Below are positions 47,579-58,115 of a stretch of DNA of 64,000 nt, piece by piece (position 1 is the stretch's first letter; each line of letters opens with the position of its first letter). The position numbers and the translations under genes are program-made. Under the pieces are notes generated by a model, which worked only from the letters and a program-made list of their open reading frames with translations, was not told where the DNA came from and did not search any database. Source of the DNA: an uncultured Flavonifractor sp. (GTDB taxonomy: Bacteria > Bacillota > Clostridia > Oscillospirales > Oscillospiraceae); contig NZ_CALWXV010000003.1 in assembly GCF_944385615.1 (NCBI RefSeq), forward strand, positions 31,323 through 95,322. The letters run 5' to 3'.

Positions 47579-50060
47579 GACTCAATTCACCCAGCGGGCC
47601 CAGGCCGCCCTGCGGCTGGCCCAGGAGAGCGCGGCGGAGCTGGGGCATGGCTACGTGGGCAGCGAACACCTTCTGCTGGGGCTGGCCAAAGAGGGGAGAG
47701 GGGTGGCGTCCAAGGTGCTCCAGGCCGCCGGGCTGGAACCGGAGGGGCTGAAGAAAACGATATCCCAGCTGGTGGGGGTAGGCACGCCGGGGACAGCCCC
47801 CTCTCAGGGGCTTACCCCCCGTTGTAAAAAGATTATTGAACTCTCCCTCAATGAAGCGGTACGCCTGGGCCACCAATATGTGGGCACCGAGCACCTGCTG
47901 CTTGGCATTCTGAAAGAGGGAGACGGAGTGGCGGTGCGGGTGCTGGATGCCGCCGGGGTGGAGCCCCGCCGCCTGCGGGGGGATGTGGCCGCCGCCATGG
48001 GGGGAGAGGTTCCGCCGTCTCCCTTTCGGGGAAGCGGAAAGCCCCGCACCGAGCGGGATTATCCGGGGGAGTCTAAGCTGCTGGAGCAGTTTGCCCGGGA
48101 TCTGACCCGGATGGCCGCCGGGGGCCTTCTGGACCCGGTGATCGGCCGGGACAGAGAGATCCGCCGGGTGATCCAGATCCTGTCCCGGCGGCAGAAGAAC
48201 AACCCTGCCCTCATTGGGGAGCCTGGTGTGGGTAAGACGGCGGTGGCCGAGGGATTGGCCCGGATGATGGCTGCCGGAGCGGTGCCGGAGGAGCTGCGGC
48301 GCAAGCGGCTCATTTCCCTGGATCTGTCCGCCATGGTGGCAGGTACCAAATACCGGGGTGAGTTTGAGGAGCGGGTAAAAAATATCCTGTCTGAGGTGCG
48401 CCGAGTGGGGGATGTGATCCTCTTTATCGACGAGCTCCATACCATTGTGGGGGCTGGTTCGGCGGAGGGGGCCATTGATGCGGCCAATATCATCAAGCCT
48501 GCCCTGGGCCGGGGGGAGCTCCAGGTGATCGGAGCCACCACCACTGAGGAGTACCGCAAGTATATCGAGAAGGACGCCGCTCTGGAGCGGCGGTTCCAGC
48601 CGGTGCTGGTGGGAGAACCTGACCAAAAGACCGCCCAGGCCATTCTCTTCGGGCTGCGGGACCGGTATGAGGCCCACCACCGCATTACCATCCGGGACGA
48701 GGCCATTACCGCCGCCGTGGCCCTGTCCAGCCGGTATATTGGGGACCGCCGACTGCCCGACAAGGCTATCGACCTGATGGACGAGGCGGCCGCCCGGGTG
48801 CGGCTGGACCGGCTGGCGGCGCCCCCCGACCTGCGGGCGCTGGAGGACAAGGTGGCTCGGGCCAGAGGAGAGAAAGAAGAGGCCATCCGCAGCCAGGACT
48901 TTGAAAAGGCCGCCATGCTGCGGGACGCGGAGGAGGACTTCCGGCGGGAACTGGACCAGCAAAAGGCCCTGTGGCAGGCGGGACAGAACACCGGGGGAGT
49001 CACCGCCGAGGACGTGGCGGCGGTGGTATCCGGTTGGACGGGAATCCCCGTTACCACCCTCACGCAGGCCGAAAGCGACCGGCTGCTCCAGTTGGAGCAG
49101 GAGCTCCACCGCCGGGTGGTGGGCCAGGAGAAGGCGGTAAAAGCAGTGGCCCGGGCGGTGCGCCGGGGACGGGTAGGGCTGAAGGAGCCCGAACGGCCCA
49201 CAGGCTGTTTCCTCTTCTTGGGCCCTACCGGCGTAGGCAAGACTGAACTGAGCCGGGCCCTGGCCCTGTCCCTCTTTGGAAGTGAGGAAGCCCTGTTCCG
49301 CTTTGATATGTCGGAGTATATGGAAAAGCACGCCGTCTCCCGGCTGATTGGCTCGCCCCCGGGCTATGTGGGCCATGAGGAGGGTGGACAGCTCACCGAA
49401 AAGGTGCGGCGGCGGCCCTACTGTGTGGTGCTTTTCGACGAGATCGAAAAGGCCCACCCCGATGTGTGGGGGATTTTGCTCCAGATCATGGAGGATGGAG
49501 TGGTCACCGACGCCCAGGGCCGAAAGGCCGACTTCCGCAACGCGGTGGTGGTGCTCACCTCCAACGTGGGAGCGTCCAAGATCACCGCCAAGGGCAGTCG
49601 TCTGGGCTTTTCCGCAATAGAGCACAGGGACGGGGAGACCCGCTCCCCGGAGGAGCTGCGGACCGCGGTGATGGAGGATCTGAAAAAGGTGTTCCGGCCG
49701 GAATTTCTCAACCGTCTGGACGAGACCATCGTCTTTACCCAACTGGGCCGGAGCGAGATCAAGGCGATTGCCCGGCGGATGCTCTCCCGTGTTGGGGAGC
49801 GGCTGGATGCCCTTGGGGTAAAGCTGGCCTGGACCGATGGTGCCCTGGATGCTCTGGCGGGGCTGGGCTTTGACCCGGATTATGGGGCCAGGCCCCTGCG
49901 CCGTGCCATCCGCACCAAGGTGGAGGACCCTGCGGCGGAGCTGCTGCTGGGCGGCACGGTGCGGGCGGGGGATACCCTTCTGGTGGACCGGGCGGGGGAT
50001 ACCCTGATCCTGAACAAACAAGAACAGAAAAAGGAGAACGAACCATGCGAAAACAGTTGA
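47571..50060 (+). CDS. clpC: ATP-dependent Clp protease ATPase subunit (ClpC-like)
   Basis: Two Clp-N repeats (EHLLLG), [11 protein letters not shown] coiled coil ([10 protein letters not shown]), [11 protein letters not shown] ClpP-docking loop, GARPLRR. Confidence 0.9.
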   Translation: MNETQFTQRAQAALRLAQESAAELGHGYVGSEHLLLGLAKEGRGVASKVLQAAGLEPEGLKKTISQLVGVGTPGTAPSQGLTPRCKKIIELSLNEAVRLGHQYVGTEHLLLGILKEGDGVAVRVLDAAGVEPRRLRGDVAAAMGGEVPPSPFRGSGKPRTERDYPGESKLLEQFARDLTRMAAGGLLDPVIGRDREIRRVIQILSRRQKNNPALIGEPGVGKTAVAEGLARMMAAGAVPEELRRKRLISLDLSAMVAGTKYRGEFEERVKNILSEVRRVGDVILFIDELHTIVGAGSAEGAIDAANIIKPALGRGELQVIGATTTEEYRKYIEKDAALERRFQPVLVGEPDQKTAQAILFGLRDRYEAHHRITIRDEAITAAVALSSRYIGDRRLPDKAIDLMDEAAARVRLDRLAAPPDLRALEDKVARARGEKEEAIRSQDFEKAAMLRDAEEDFRRELDQQKALWQAGQNTGGVTAEDVAAVVSGWTGIPVTTLTQAESDRLLQLEQELHRRVVGQEKAVKAVARAVRRGRVGLKEPERPTGCFLFLGPTGVGKTELSRALALSLFGSEEALFRFDMSEYMEKHAVSRLIGSPPGYVGHEEGGQLTEKVRRRPYCVVLFDEIEKAHPDVWGILLQIMEDGVVTDAQGRKADFRNAVVVLTSNVGASKITAKGSRLGFSAIEHRDGETRSPEELRTAVMEDLKKVFRPEFLNRLDETIVFTQLGRSEIKAIARRMLSRVGERLDALGVKLAWTDGALDALAGLGFDPDYGARPLRRAIRTKVEDPAAELLLGGTVRAGDTLLVDRAGDTLILNKQEQKKENEPCENS

Positions 50061-50596
50061 TGATCCCTTTGACCGTGCTGGCCTTGCTGCTGGCCCTGGC
50101 CGGCTGCGGCAAAATGGAAAACGAGATGGACAAAGTGGAGAACGAGATGGATCAAACGGAGGAGCTGACAGCCGATCAACGGACGGAGCTCTACCAGACC
50201 GCCATCGAAAACGCCAGGGACGAGGAGGAAAACAACGCCTTCACCATCATCACCAGCGTGGATGACGACCTGGGACAGACCACCTTTAACCTGTTGGGGC
50301 TGGATAAGGAGGATGTGGAGGCCTGCGCTCTGTCAGCCTCTCTGATGAACGTCAAGGCCTACGGCATCGCTGTTGTCTATCCGGTGGCGGGCCGGGAGGA
50401 GGCGGTACGCAACGGCCTCAACGATTTTATTGCAACCCAGAAGGGGAGCTTTCAGCAGTATTTACAGGACCAGTACGAAATCGCCAACAAGGCCAAGCTG
50501 GGCACGCTGAAGGACGGAACCATTTTGCTGGTGATGTGTGAGAATCAGGACCAGGTATACGAATCCATCCAGACCACCATTGAGGCCAAGACCTGA
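50045..50596 (+). CDS. DUF4358-like lipoprotein
   Basis: Lipobox LAGC; S.SLMNVKAYGIAVV.P, F.QYL.DQYEIA..A. Confidence 0.65.
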   Translation: MRKQLMIPLTVLALLLALAGCGKMENEMDKVENEMDQTEELTADQRTELYQTAIENARDEEENNAFTIITSVDDDLGQTTFNLLGLDKEDVEACALSASLMNVKAYGIAVVYPVAGREEAVRNGLNDFIATQKGSFQQYLQDQYEIANKAKLGTLKDGTILLVMCENQDQVYESIQTTIEAKT

Positions 50597-50717
50597 CCCA
50601 TGCCCAGGGGGCGCTGTATCTGCTGCAGCGCCCCCTGACGTATTTTCCGGCCTTGCGGATTTTGGATAAAAGCGGTATAATATGCAAGTTCGTACTCAAA
50701 GAAGTGGAGGCCTGTTT

Positions 50718-52205
50718 ATGCAAGTGATGCAAGCGAGAGCCAGCGGGATCCTGCTTCCCGTATTCTCCCTGCCGGGGCCTTACGGCATCGGCACGCTGGG
50801 CAAGCCGGCCCGGCAGTTTATCGACTTTTTGGCGGAGGGCGGTCAGAAGTTCTGGCAGATTCTCCCTCTTGTCCCGCCGGGCGGAGGAAATTCACCTTAT
50901 ATGTCCGCCTCGTCCTTTGCCGGTAACCCTCTGTTTCTGGATCTGGATGAGCTGGCGGAGGAAGGGCTGCTCACCGGGGAGGAGCTGAATTCCGCCCATC
51001 GGGATAATCCGGACCGGGTGGATTATGCTTGGATTCATGAGACCCGTATTCCATTGCTGCGCAAGGCCTTTGAGCGGGGGCGGGAGAAGTATGAGGCCCA
51101 GCTGGAGGGGTTTGCGGCAGAGGAGAAGGACTGGCTGCCTGACTACGCTCTGTTTCTGGCTCTGCGGGCCCATTTTGAAGGTAAGGAGCTGGCCGACTGG
51201 CCCGATGAGGCCCGGCTGCGTCAACCGGCGGCCATGGCTCAGTACCGGGTTGAGCTGGCGGAGGAGTGTGCCTTCCAGATTTTCCTGCAATATCTCTTCT
51301 TCCGCCAGTGGAAAAAAGTCAAGACCTACGCCAATTCCAAGGGTATCTCCATCATTGGGGATCTGCCCATCTATGTCTCCCCGGACAGCGCCGAGGTGTG
51401 GGGCAATCCGGAGCTTTTCCAGCTGAAAAAGGATATGCGCCCCTCCTGTGTGGCGGGCGTGCCCCCAGATGCCTTCTCCGATGTGGGCCAGCACTGGGGC
51501 AATCCCCTGTACGACTGGAAGTACCACAAAAAGACTGGCTTTGCCTGGTGGAAGCGGCGCTGCACCCACATGGCCAAGCTGTATGACGTGGTGCGCATCG
51601 ACCATTTCCGGGCCTTCCATACATACTGGTCTATTCCCGAAGGGGCCAAGGACGCCCGGGAGGGTCACTGGGAGAAGGGGCCGGGCAACGCCCTGCTGGA
51701 TGTGCTGAAAAAGGTGCCCGGTCTGGCTTTGATCGCCGAGGACTTGGGTGACTTGGACGCTGCCGCCCTGGCCTTCATTGCTCAGAGCGGCCTGCCCGGT
51801 ATGAAGGTGATGGTGTATGCCTTTGATCCGGTGGGGGAGAGCGCTTATCTGCCCCACAATTGCCCCCGGGACGCGGTGATGTATACCGGTACCCACGACA
51901 CCCCCACCTTTGTCCAGTGGCTCTTTACCGAGGCCAATCCCGCCGAGCGGCAGTACGCCTTTGACTACCTGCGCCTGCGGGAGGAGGAGGGCTACGGCTG
52001 GGGAGCAGTGTGCGGAGCCTGGATGTCCCCCTGCCGTCTGGCCATTGCCCCCTTCCAGGATCTGTTGGGGTTGGGTGGAGACGCCCGGGTCAACGCTCCA
52101 GGCACCATGGGGGACCAGAATTGGTCCTGGCGGGTGCGGGTAGACGCGCTCAATCCCACTGTGTCCGGCAAACTGGCCAAGATCACCCGGACTTACCGCA
52201 GATAA
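50718..52205 (+). CDS. malQ: 4-alpha-glucanotransferase (amylomaltase, GH77)
   Basis: SGILLP..SLP, WQILPL, GDLPIYV, GQHWGNPLY, RIDHFR, AEDLG, TGTHD, NAPGT..NWSWR. Confidence 0.96.
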   Translation: MQVMQARASGILLPVFSLPGPYGIGTLGKPARQFIDFLAEGGQKFWQILPLVPPGGGNSPYMSASSFAGNPLFLDLDELAEEGLLTGEELNSAHRDNPDRVDYAWIHETRIPLLRKAFERGREKYEAQLEGFAAEEKDWLPDYALFLALRAHFEGKELADWPDEARLRQPAAMAQYRVELAEECAFQIFLQYLFFRQWKKVKTYANSKGISIIGDLPIYVSPDSAEVWGNPELFQLKKDMRPSCVAGVPPDAFSDVGQHWGNPLYDWKYHKKTGFAWWKRRCTHMAKLYDVVRIDHFRAFHTYWSIPEGAKDAREGHWEKGPGNALLDVLKKVPGLALIAEDLGDLDAAALAFIAQSGLPGMKVMVYAFDPVGESAYLPHNCPRDAVMYTGTHDTPTFVQWLFTEANPAERQYAFDYLRLREEEGYGWGAVCGAWMSPCRLAIAPFQDLLGLGGDARVNAPGTMGDQNWSWRVRVDALNPTVSGKLAKITRTYRR

Positions 52206-52256
52206 ATGGAATCCCGCCCGCCGCAAATGCGGCGGGCGGGGGTTTTATATGGAAAC

Positions 52257-53234
52257 TTATTGGAAGTCCAGGCTGACGCTCCCTGTGCCGGCAGACAGAG
52301 ATAGTGTGTATTTTCCCTGACCGCCTGTTTCCGTAAAGGTAAAGGGAGGTGTTGTTTCCCCATTCAGCCGGATGTCTCCGACGCCTGCATCCAACTGCCA
52401 GGAGTAGTTCGCCTGCTCTCCCATGACCTCCAGCGAAACATCGCCCACACCGGTGGTGAGCTCGGTTTCCCCAACCGGAGCGGATACATCCAGCTCACCC
52501 ACGCCGTTTTCGGCCTGCAGAAGGCCCTCCACGGCGCAGTCCTGCCAGTCCAGTGAGCCCACGCCCAGGGTAAGCTCCGCCCGGTCCAGAACGGTGCCGG
52601 AGGGGACGGTGAGCTCCACCCGGATGTCGGAATCGCTGTGAGAAGGAAGTAGATTGAAGTGGTCTGGGGAACTCCAGATCGAAAGAGTGCCGTCCGTTTG
52701 GCTGTAGTTCAGCTGATAGGGCGCGGTGTCCCGAAGGTTCAAGCCCTCATTGACCAGCTGCAGGCGCCAGGAATCGCCCTCTTTTACCTGGATCGCGGCG
52801 ACTGCCACCTCCAACTTCAGGGTGTCAAAGGGCTCCAGGGTGATATCCTGGATGTCCGGTACCGGACTGACAGAGGGGGAGAGGACACTGTCCAGCGCTG
52901 CCTTTGGCGAAGGTATGATAGACCAGCCCTGGCGGGTGACCAACCAAAGCATACCGGCCAGAACGGTTACGCCGGCAAGGATATACAGAAAAAGAGTGCT
53001 GTGGTTTCTTTTGGGTGGGGGCGGTGTGGAGACGTAGGGGCGTTCTGCCGCCTCCTTCAGCACCTGCTCGGCCACGGAGGCGGGGGAACCCAGACGCTCT
53101 GCCACAGTTTCCTCATCCTCATCAGAGTCGGCGAAATATCCCTCATAGTAGGAGAGTGCGTCCTCCAATTCCTCTGGTGACAGCTTTCCCTCCAGAATGG
53201 CCCGCAGCTCCTTTAAAAATTGTGCTTTATTCAT
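52257..53234 (-). CDS. DUF1700 (HAAS) N-terminal + TM + DUF4097-like beta-repeat protein
   Basis: MNKAQFLKELR..L...EDALSYYEGYF.D......LGSP; GVG repeats at the C-terminus; follows PadR. Confidence 0.8.
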   Translation of the reverse strand: MNKAQFLKELRAILEGKLSPEELEDALSYYEGYFADSDEDEETVAERLGSPASVAEQVLKEAAERPYVSTPPPPKRNHSTLFLYILAGVTVLAGMLWLVTRQGWSIIPSPKAALDSVLSPSVSPVPDIQDITLEPFDTLKLEVAVAAIQVKEGDSWRLQLVNEGLNLRDTAPYQLNYSQTDGTLSIWSSPDHFNLLPSHSDSDIRVELTVPSGTVLDRAELTLGVGSLDWQDCAVEGLLQAENGVGELDVSAPVGETELTTGVGDVSLEVMGEQANYSWQLDAGVGDIRLNGETTPPFTFTETGGQGKYTLSLSAGTGSVSLDFQ

Positions 53235-53556
53235 CGTGCTGTTCCCCCTTTTTCCCCAACAGGAGTTCCTCGATCTGGCTGCAATAGCGCACCCATTCCT
53301 CCTGGTAGCCCGTCAGCAAAGCCCGGCCGGCGGGTGTGATGGCGTAATAGCGCCGGTTGCGGCCCTGAAACGGCTTGTCGTATACGCTCAGACAGCCGCT
53401 CTGCTGAAGACGCCTCAAAACGGGATACAAAGTAGATTCAGACAGCTCTACCTGTTCTTTCATGCGTTGGGTCAGCCGGTAGCCGTAGGTATCGCCCTCC
53501 GCCAGGACCGCCAGCACACAGGCGTCCAGCAGGGGAGCACCCAATGGAAAGGTCAT
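53227..53556 (-). CDS. PadR family transcriptional regulator
   Basis: LLDACVLAVL...TYGY, SESTLYPVLRRL, GRNRRYYAIT. Confidence 0.92.
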   Translation of the reverse strand: MTFPLGAPLLDACVLAVLAEGDTYGYRLTQRMKEQVELSESTLYPVLRRLQQSGCLSVYDKPFQGRNRRYYAITPAGRALLTGYQEEWVRYCSQIEELLLGKKGEQHDE

Positions 53557-53581
53557 ACCAAGTCCCCCTTTCAGACAAGCG

Positions 53582-53602
53582 ATATTATATGCTATATAAT
53601 AT
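53582..53602. promoter_or_regulatory. Putative PadR operator
   Basis: ATATTATAT-GCT-ATATAATAT perfect inverted repeat lying within the TTGACA promoter of padR. Confidence 0.6.
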
Positions 53603-53815
53603 TGCTTGTCAACAAGGATATCGGGGGAGGGTGGACAACAGATTCTGTTGGTAAAAATACACCTATTTTTTGATGGGAAAATAATATTTTTCGGCATAAT
53701 TCTTTCCGCCTGCGGAACTTCCTGCATTTTGCCGGTTTTCTCTTGTCAAAAAAATGCTTTTGTTATATTATGATGGATGCGAAATTCTTCATTATAAAGG
53801 ATATCAGGTGAATCT

Positions 53816-56752
53816 ATGAGTCTGCGGATTGGAATTGACATTGGTTCCACCACGGTCAAGGTGGTGGTACTGGACGAGGCGAACCAGCTGTTGTTCCGCT
53901 CCTATGAGCGGCACTACTCCAAGGCCAGAGAGCGTGCGGCCGAGACCCTGCGCTCCATCGAGGAAAAGCTGCGGGGCCAGCAGGTGCGCATCGCCATCAC
54001 CGGTTCCGCCGGCCTGGGCGTGGCCAAGGCGGCGGACATTGACTTTGTGCAGGAGGTGTACGCCACCGCCGCCGCGGTCAACACCTACATACCGGACACT
54101 GACGCGGTGATCGAGCTGGGTGGCGAGGACGCCAAGATCATCTTCTTTGGCGGAGCTCTGGAGGAGCGCATGAACGGCTCCTGCGCCGGTGGCACCGGGG
54201 CTTTTATTGACCAGATGGCCACCCTAATGAATGTGTCAGTCAATGAACTGGACGAGCTGAGCTTGAAGCATGAAAAGATTTATCCCATCGCCTCCCGCTG
54301 CGGCGTGTTTGCCAAGAGCGATATCCAGCCCATCCTGAATCAGGGCGGGCGGAAGGAGGACGTGGCGGCCTCTATCTTCCAGGCTGTGGTGGACCAGACG
54401 GTGGCCGGACTGACCCAGGGCCGGGAGCTGAAGGGCAAGATCGTCTTTTTGGGCGGCCCCCTCCACTTCCTCCAGGGCCTGCGGCAGCGGTTTGTGGAGA
54501 CGCTGAAGCTGGATGAAGCCCACGCCATCTTCCCGGAGGACGGCGACTGCTTTGCGGGCATCGGCGCTGCCCTGTGTGCCACTGAGCTGGCCGAGCGCTC
54601 CTTTGATGAGATCATGGAGCAGCTGGAGAAAAGTGTGGACAATGTGGGTCTGGTGGACACCATGCCCCCGCTTTTCACCGATCAGGCCGACTATGACGCC
54701 TTTCTGGAGCGGCACAACGCCATGCGCCCGCCGGAGGTGGATATTCATACCTATAGCGGGGACGCCTGGCTGGGCATTGACGCCGGTTCCACCACCACCA
54801 AGATAGCGCTCATCACCGCCGACGGCGGGCTGCTGTATACCTATTACCACTCCAACCTGGGCAACCCGGTGGCCATTGTGCTGGACCAGCTCAGAGAGAT
54901 TTACGGGCTGTGCGGGGACCGCATTGTTATCAAAGGGGCGGCGGTTACCGGCTACGGTGAAGAGCTCATCAAAAACGCCTTTGCCTGTGACGCCGGTCTG
55001 GTGGAGACGGTAGCCCACTACAATGCCGCCCGCCACTTTAACCCCGATGTGGACTTCATCATCGACATCGGCGGGCAGGATATGAAGTGCTTTAAAATCC
55101 GCAACGGAGCGGTGGACTCCATCATGCTCAATGAGGCATGCTCCTCCGGCTGCGGTTCCTTTATTGAGACCTTTGCCAAGGCTTTGGGCTACAGCATTGC
55201 AGACTTCTCCAAGCTGGGCCTGTTTGCCAAGCACCCGGTGAATCTGGGCTCCCGGTGTACCGTGTTTATGAACTCCAGCGTAAAACAGGCCCAGAAGGAC
55301 GGGGCCAGCGTGGAGGACATCTCCGCCGGACTGTCCATCTCCATTGTGAAAAACGCGGTGTACAAGGTCATCCGGGCCGCCAACGCCGATGACCTGGGCA
55401 AGCACATCGTGGTTCAGGGCGGCACCTTCCACAACGACGCGGTGCTCCGGGCCTTTGAGCTGGAGCTGGGCCGCAATGTGACCCGGCCCACTATCGCCGG
55501 TATTATGGGTGCCTTCGGTGCCGCTCTCTACGCCCGGGACCTCCATCTGGAGCAGAGTACCCTGCTGACGGCGGAGGCCCTGAAGTCCTTTACCCACACC
55601 GCCCGACCCACCACCTGCAACCTGTGTACCAACCACTGCTCCCTCACCGTCAACACCTTTGACGGCGGGCGGCGGTTTATCTCGGGTAACCGGTGCTCCC
55701 GGCCTCTGGGCAAGGAGCGCACCGAAAACCCCGATCTGATGCACTACAAGTATAAGCGGCTCCGGGCCCTTCAGGGCAAGGGGAAGGGCAATGGCATCCG
55801 GGGACGGATGGGCATCCCCTTTGGGCTGAATATGTACGAAAACCTGCCCTTCTGGTTTGAGTTCTTCACCCGCCTCAACTTTGAGGTGGTACTGTCCCCT
55901 GAGTCCTCCCGCAAGCTCTATTTGAAGGGCCAGCACACTATCCCCTCGGATACGGTGTGCTATCCCGCCAAGCTGCTCCACGGTCATGTGGAGGCTTTGG
56001 TGGAGGCGGGGGTGGACGCCATCTGGTATCCCTGCATGTCCTACAACAACGACGAGGGCATTGGCGATAACCATTACAACTGCCCGGTGGTGGCCTACTA
56101 TCCGGAGCTGCTGGCCGCCAATGTGCCGATCCTCAAGCAGACCAGATTCCTTGACCCCTACGTTGGCCTGTGGAGGCACAAGGATTTTGCCAAGCACATC
56201 TCCAAGCTGATGCATGAGCAGTTCAGCATCCCGAAGCGGGAGACGGAAGCGGCTGTCAAAGCGGCCTATGAGGCCTATGATGCCTATGTCCACGACGTAC
56301 GGGAGACGGGCAAGCGGTATATTGAGTATGCCCGGGCCCACGATATGCCCATTATCGTGGCCTGCGGCCGGCCCTATCACATCGACCCGGAGATCAACCA
56401 CGGCATCAACGACCTCATTACCTCCTTTGGCTTTGTGCTGGTCACTGAGGACGCTCTCAGCTACCTGGAGGGCTACGCCCCCCGGCGGGTGCTCAATCAG
56501 TGGACCTTCCAGTCCCGGATGTACAACGCTGCCCGGTATGTGTGTACCCAGCCCGACATGCAGGTGGTGCAGCTGGTCAGCTTCGGCTGCGGTACCGACG
56601 CCATTACCACCGACGAGCTGCGGGATATTCTGGAGCAGGGCGGCAAGCTGTACACCCAGCTAAAAATCGACGACATCAGCAACCTGGGGGCCGTCACCAT
56701 CCGGGTCCGCTCCCTGATGGCGGCTATGGAGGCCAGAAAGGCGCAGAGCTGA
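53816..56752 (+). CDS. plsA: Plasmalogen synthase subunit PlsA (two BadF-type ATPase activator domains + DUF2229)
   Basis: Two ASKHA domains (GIDIGSTT...ELGGED...CAGGTG; GIDAGSTT...DIGGQD...CSSGCG), TVCYPAKL, FGCGTDA; about 980 aa followed by a dehydratase-like gene as in Clostridium perfringens plsAR. Confidence 0.8.
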   Translation: MSLRIGIDIGSTTVKVVVLDEANQLLFRSYERHYSKARERAAETLRSIEEKLRGQQVRIAITGSAGLGVAKAADIDFVQEVYATAAAVNTYIPDTDAVIELGGEDAKIIFFGGALEERMNGSCAGGTGAFIDQMATLMNVSVNELDELSLKHEKIYPIASRCGVFAKSDIQPILNQGGRKEDVAASIFQAVVDQTVAGLTQGRELKGKIVFLGGPLHFLQGLRQRFVETLKLDEAHAIFPEDGDCFAGIGAALCATELAERSFDEIMEQLEKSVDNVGLVDTMPPLFTDQADYDAFLERHNAMRPPEVDIHTYSGDAWLGIDAGSTTTKIALITADGGLLYTYYHSNLGNPVAIVLDQLREIYGLCGDRIVIKGAAVTGYGEELIKNAFACDAGLVETVAHYNAARHFNPDVDFIIDIGGQDMKCFKIRNGAVDSIMLNEACSSGCGSFIETFAKALGYSIADFSKLGLFAKHPVNLGSRCTVFMNSSVKQAQKDGASVEDISAGLSISIVKNAVYKVIRAANADDLGKHIVVQGGTFHNDAVLRAFELELGRNVTRPTIAGIMGAFGAALYARDLHLEQSTLLTAEALKSFTHTARPTTCNLCTNHCSLTVNTFDGGRRFISGNRCSRPLGKERTENPDLMHYKYKRLRALQGKGKGNGIRGRMGIPFGLNMYENLPFWFEFFTRLNFEVVLSPESSRKLYLKGQHTIPSDTVCYPAKLLHGHVEALVEAGVDAIWYPCMSYNNDEGIGDNHYNCPVVAYYPELLAANVPILKQTRFLDPYVGLWRHKDFAKHISKLMHEQFSIPKRETEAAVKAAYEAYDAYVHDVRETGKRYIEYARAHDMPIIVACGRPYHIDPEINHGINDLITSFGFVLVTEDALSYLEGYAPRRVLNQWTFQSRMYNAARYVCTQPDMQVVQLVSFGCGTDAITTDELRDILEQGGKLYTQLKIDDISNLGAVTIRVRSLMAAMEARKAQS

Positions 56753-56804
56753 AGACCTGTGGGCCAGCGGGCTCACGTTTGCAAGGAAAGGAACCATCGT
56801 TACT

Positions 56805-58115
56805 ATGGCAGAACTGATTTATGACAAGACCGGCCGCCTCCTGTTTACCAAGGAGATGAAGGAGGAGTACACCATCCTCTTTCCCACCATGCTGCCTGTC
56901 CACTTTGGCCTGATCGCCCGGATTTTAGAACGGGAAGGCTATAAACTGGAGATGCTCACCACCAACCACCGCAATATCGTGGATGAGGGCCTGAAGTATG
57001 TCCACAATGACACCTGTTATCCGGCTCTGCTGGTCATCGGCCAGCTGATCGACGCGGTGAAGAGCGGCAAGTACGATCCCCACAAGGTGGCCCTGCTCAT
57101 CACCCAAACCGGCGGTGGCTGCCGGGCCTCCAACTACATCCATTTGCTGCGCAAGGCGTTGGTCAAGGCGGGGTTGGAGTTTATCCCGGTGATCTCTCTC
57201 AACCTGTCCGGCCTGGAGCAAAATCCCGGCTTCAAGCTGAATCTGGAGATCATCCGCAAGGCCATTTTCGGCCTGATGTACGGCGACATCATTGTCCAGT
57301 CCGCCAATCAGGTGCGCCCCTACGAGGTGGAGGACGGTCAGACCGACCGTACCATTGAGGAAGTGGAAAGCCATCTGCTGGAGGAGATGGACAAGGGCAA
57401 GGGGCTGTCCTTCAAGAGCATGGTGGAGAACTTTGACCATATTGTAGCCGCATTCAAGGCCATCCCTGTGGCGGGAGAGCCCAAGGTACGGGTTGGCGTG
57501 GTGGGGGAGATCTACATCAAATACTCCCCCCTGGGCAATAATAATCTGGAGCAGTTCCTCCTGTCTGAGGGCGCGGAGCCGGTGGTGCCCGGCCTTACCG
57601 ACTTCATTATCTTCAAGATTTATAACCGGGAAGTGGATGTAGATATCTACGGCGGAAAATGGGCCAAAAAGACGGCCTGCGCCGCCTTCCGCCACTATGT
57701 GGAAAAGTGCCAGCGTGCCATGATCGACGCCATGAAGCGGGGCGGCTTCCGGGCTCCCGGTACCTTCCAGGACCTGCGCCGGCTCATCAAGGGCTACCTG
57801 GGTGAGGGCAACAAGATGGGGGAGGGGTGGCTCCTTACCGCCGAGATGCTGGAGCTCATCCACTCCGGTACCCCCAACATCGTATGCACCCAGCCCTTCG
57901 GCTGCCTGCCCAACCACATCGTGGGCAAGGGTATGATCCGAAAGCTGAAGGATGACTATCCCAACTCCAATATCGTGGCCATTGACTACGACCCTGGCGC
58001 CACCAAGATCAATCAGGAGAACCGCATCAAGCTGATGCTGGCCAACGCCCGGGCACTGGCACGGCAGAAAGCAGAGCGTGAGCGCCATCAGGCAGGGGAG
58101 ACAGTCCATGCCTGA
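56805..58115 (+). CDS. plsR: Plasmalogen synthase subunit PlsR (2-hydroxyacyl-CoA dehydratase-like)
   Basis: VHNDTCYPA, QTGGGCRASNY, GEGWLL, QPFGCLPNHIVGKG, DYDPGA. Confidence 0.8.
   Translation: MAELIYDKTGRLLFTKEMKEEYTILFPTMLPVHFGLIARILEREGYKLEMLTTNHRNIVDEGLKYVHNDTCYPALLVIGQLIDAVKSGKYDPHKVALLITQTGGGCRASNYIHLLRKALVKAGLEFIPVISLNLSGLEQNPGFKLNLEIIRKAIFGLMYGDIIVQSANQVRPYEVEDGQTDRTIEEVESHLLEEMDKGKGLSFKSMVENFDHIVAAFKAIPVAGEPKVRVGVVGEIYIKYSPLGNNNLEQFLLSEGAEPVVPGLTDFIIFKIYNREVDVDIYGGKWAKKTACAAFRHYVEKCQRAMIDAMKRGGFRAPGTFQDLRRLIKGYLGEGNKMGEGWLLTAEMLELIHSGTPNIVCTQPFGCLPNHIVGKGMIRKLKDDYPNSNIVAIDYDPGATKINQENRIKLMLANARALARQKAERERHQAGETVHA

Noticed and set aside
47196-50021. 941-aa minus-strand ORF
   Set aside because: Antisense shadow of clpC; high GC3 bias suppresses stops on the opposite strand and the protein has no recognisable motifs
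54236-56401. 721-aa minus-strand ORF
   Set aside because: Antisense shadow of plsA
53816-58115. Lactyl-CoA or 2-hydroxyglutaryl-CoA dehydratase (acrylate pathway) interpretation
   Set aside because: The fused double-activator plus DUF2229 architecture fits PlsA/PlsR rather than separate HgdC/HgdAB or LcdCAB subunits
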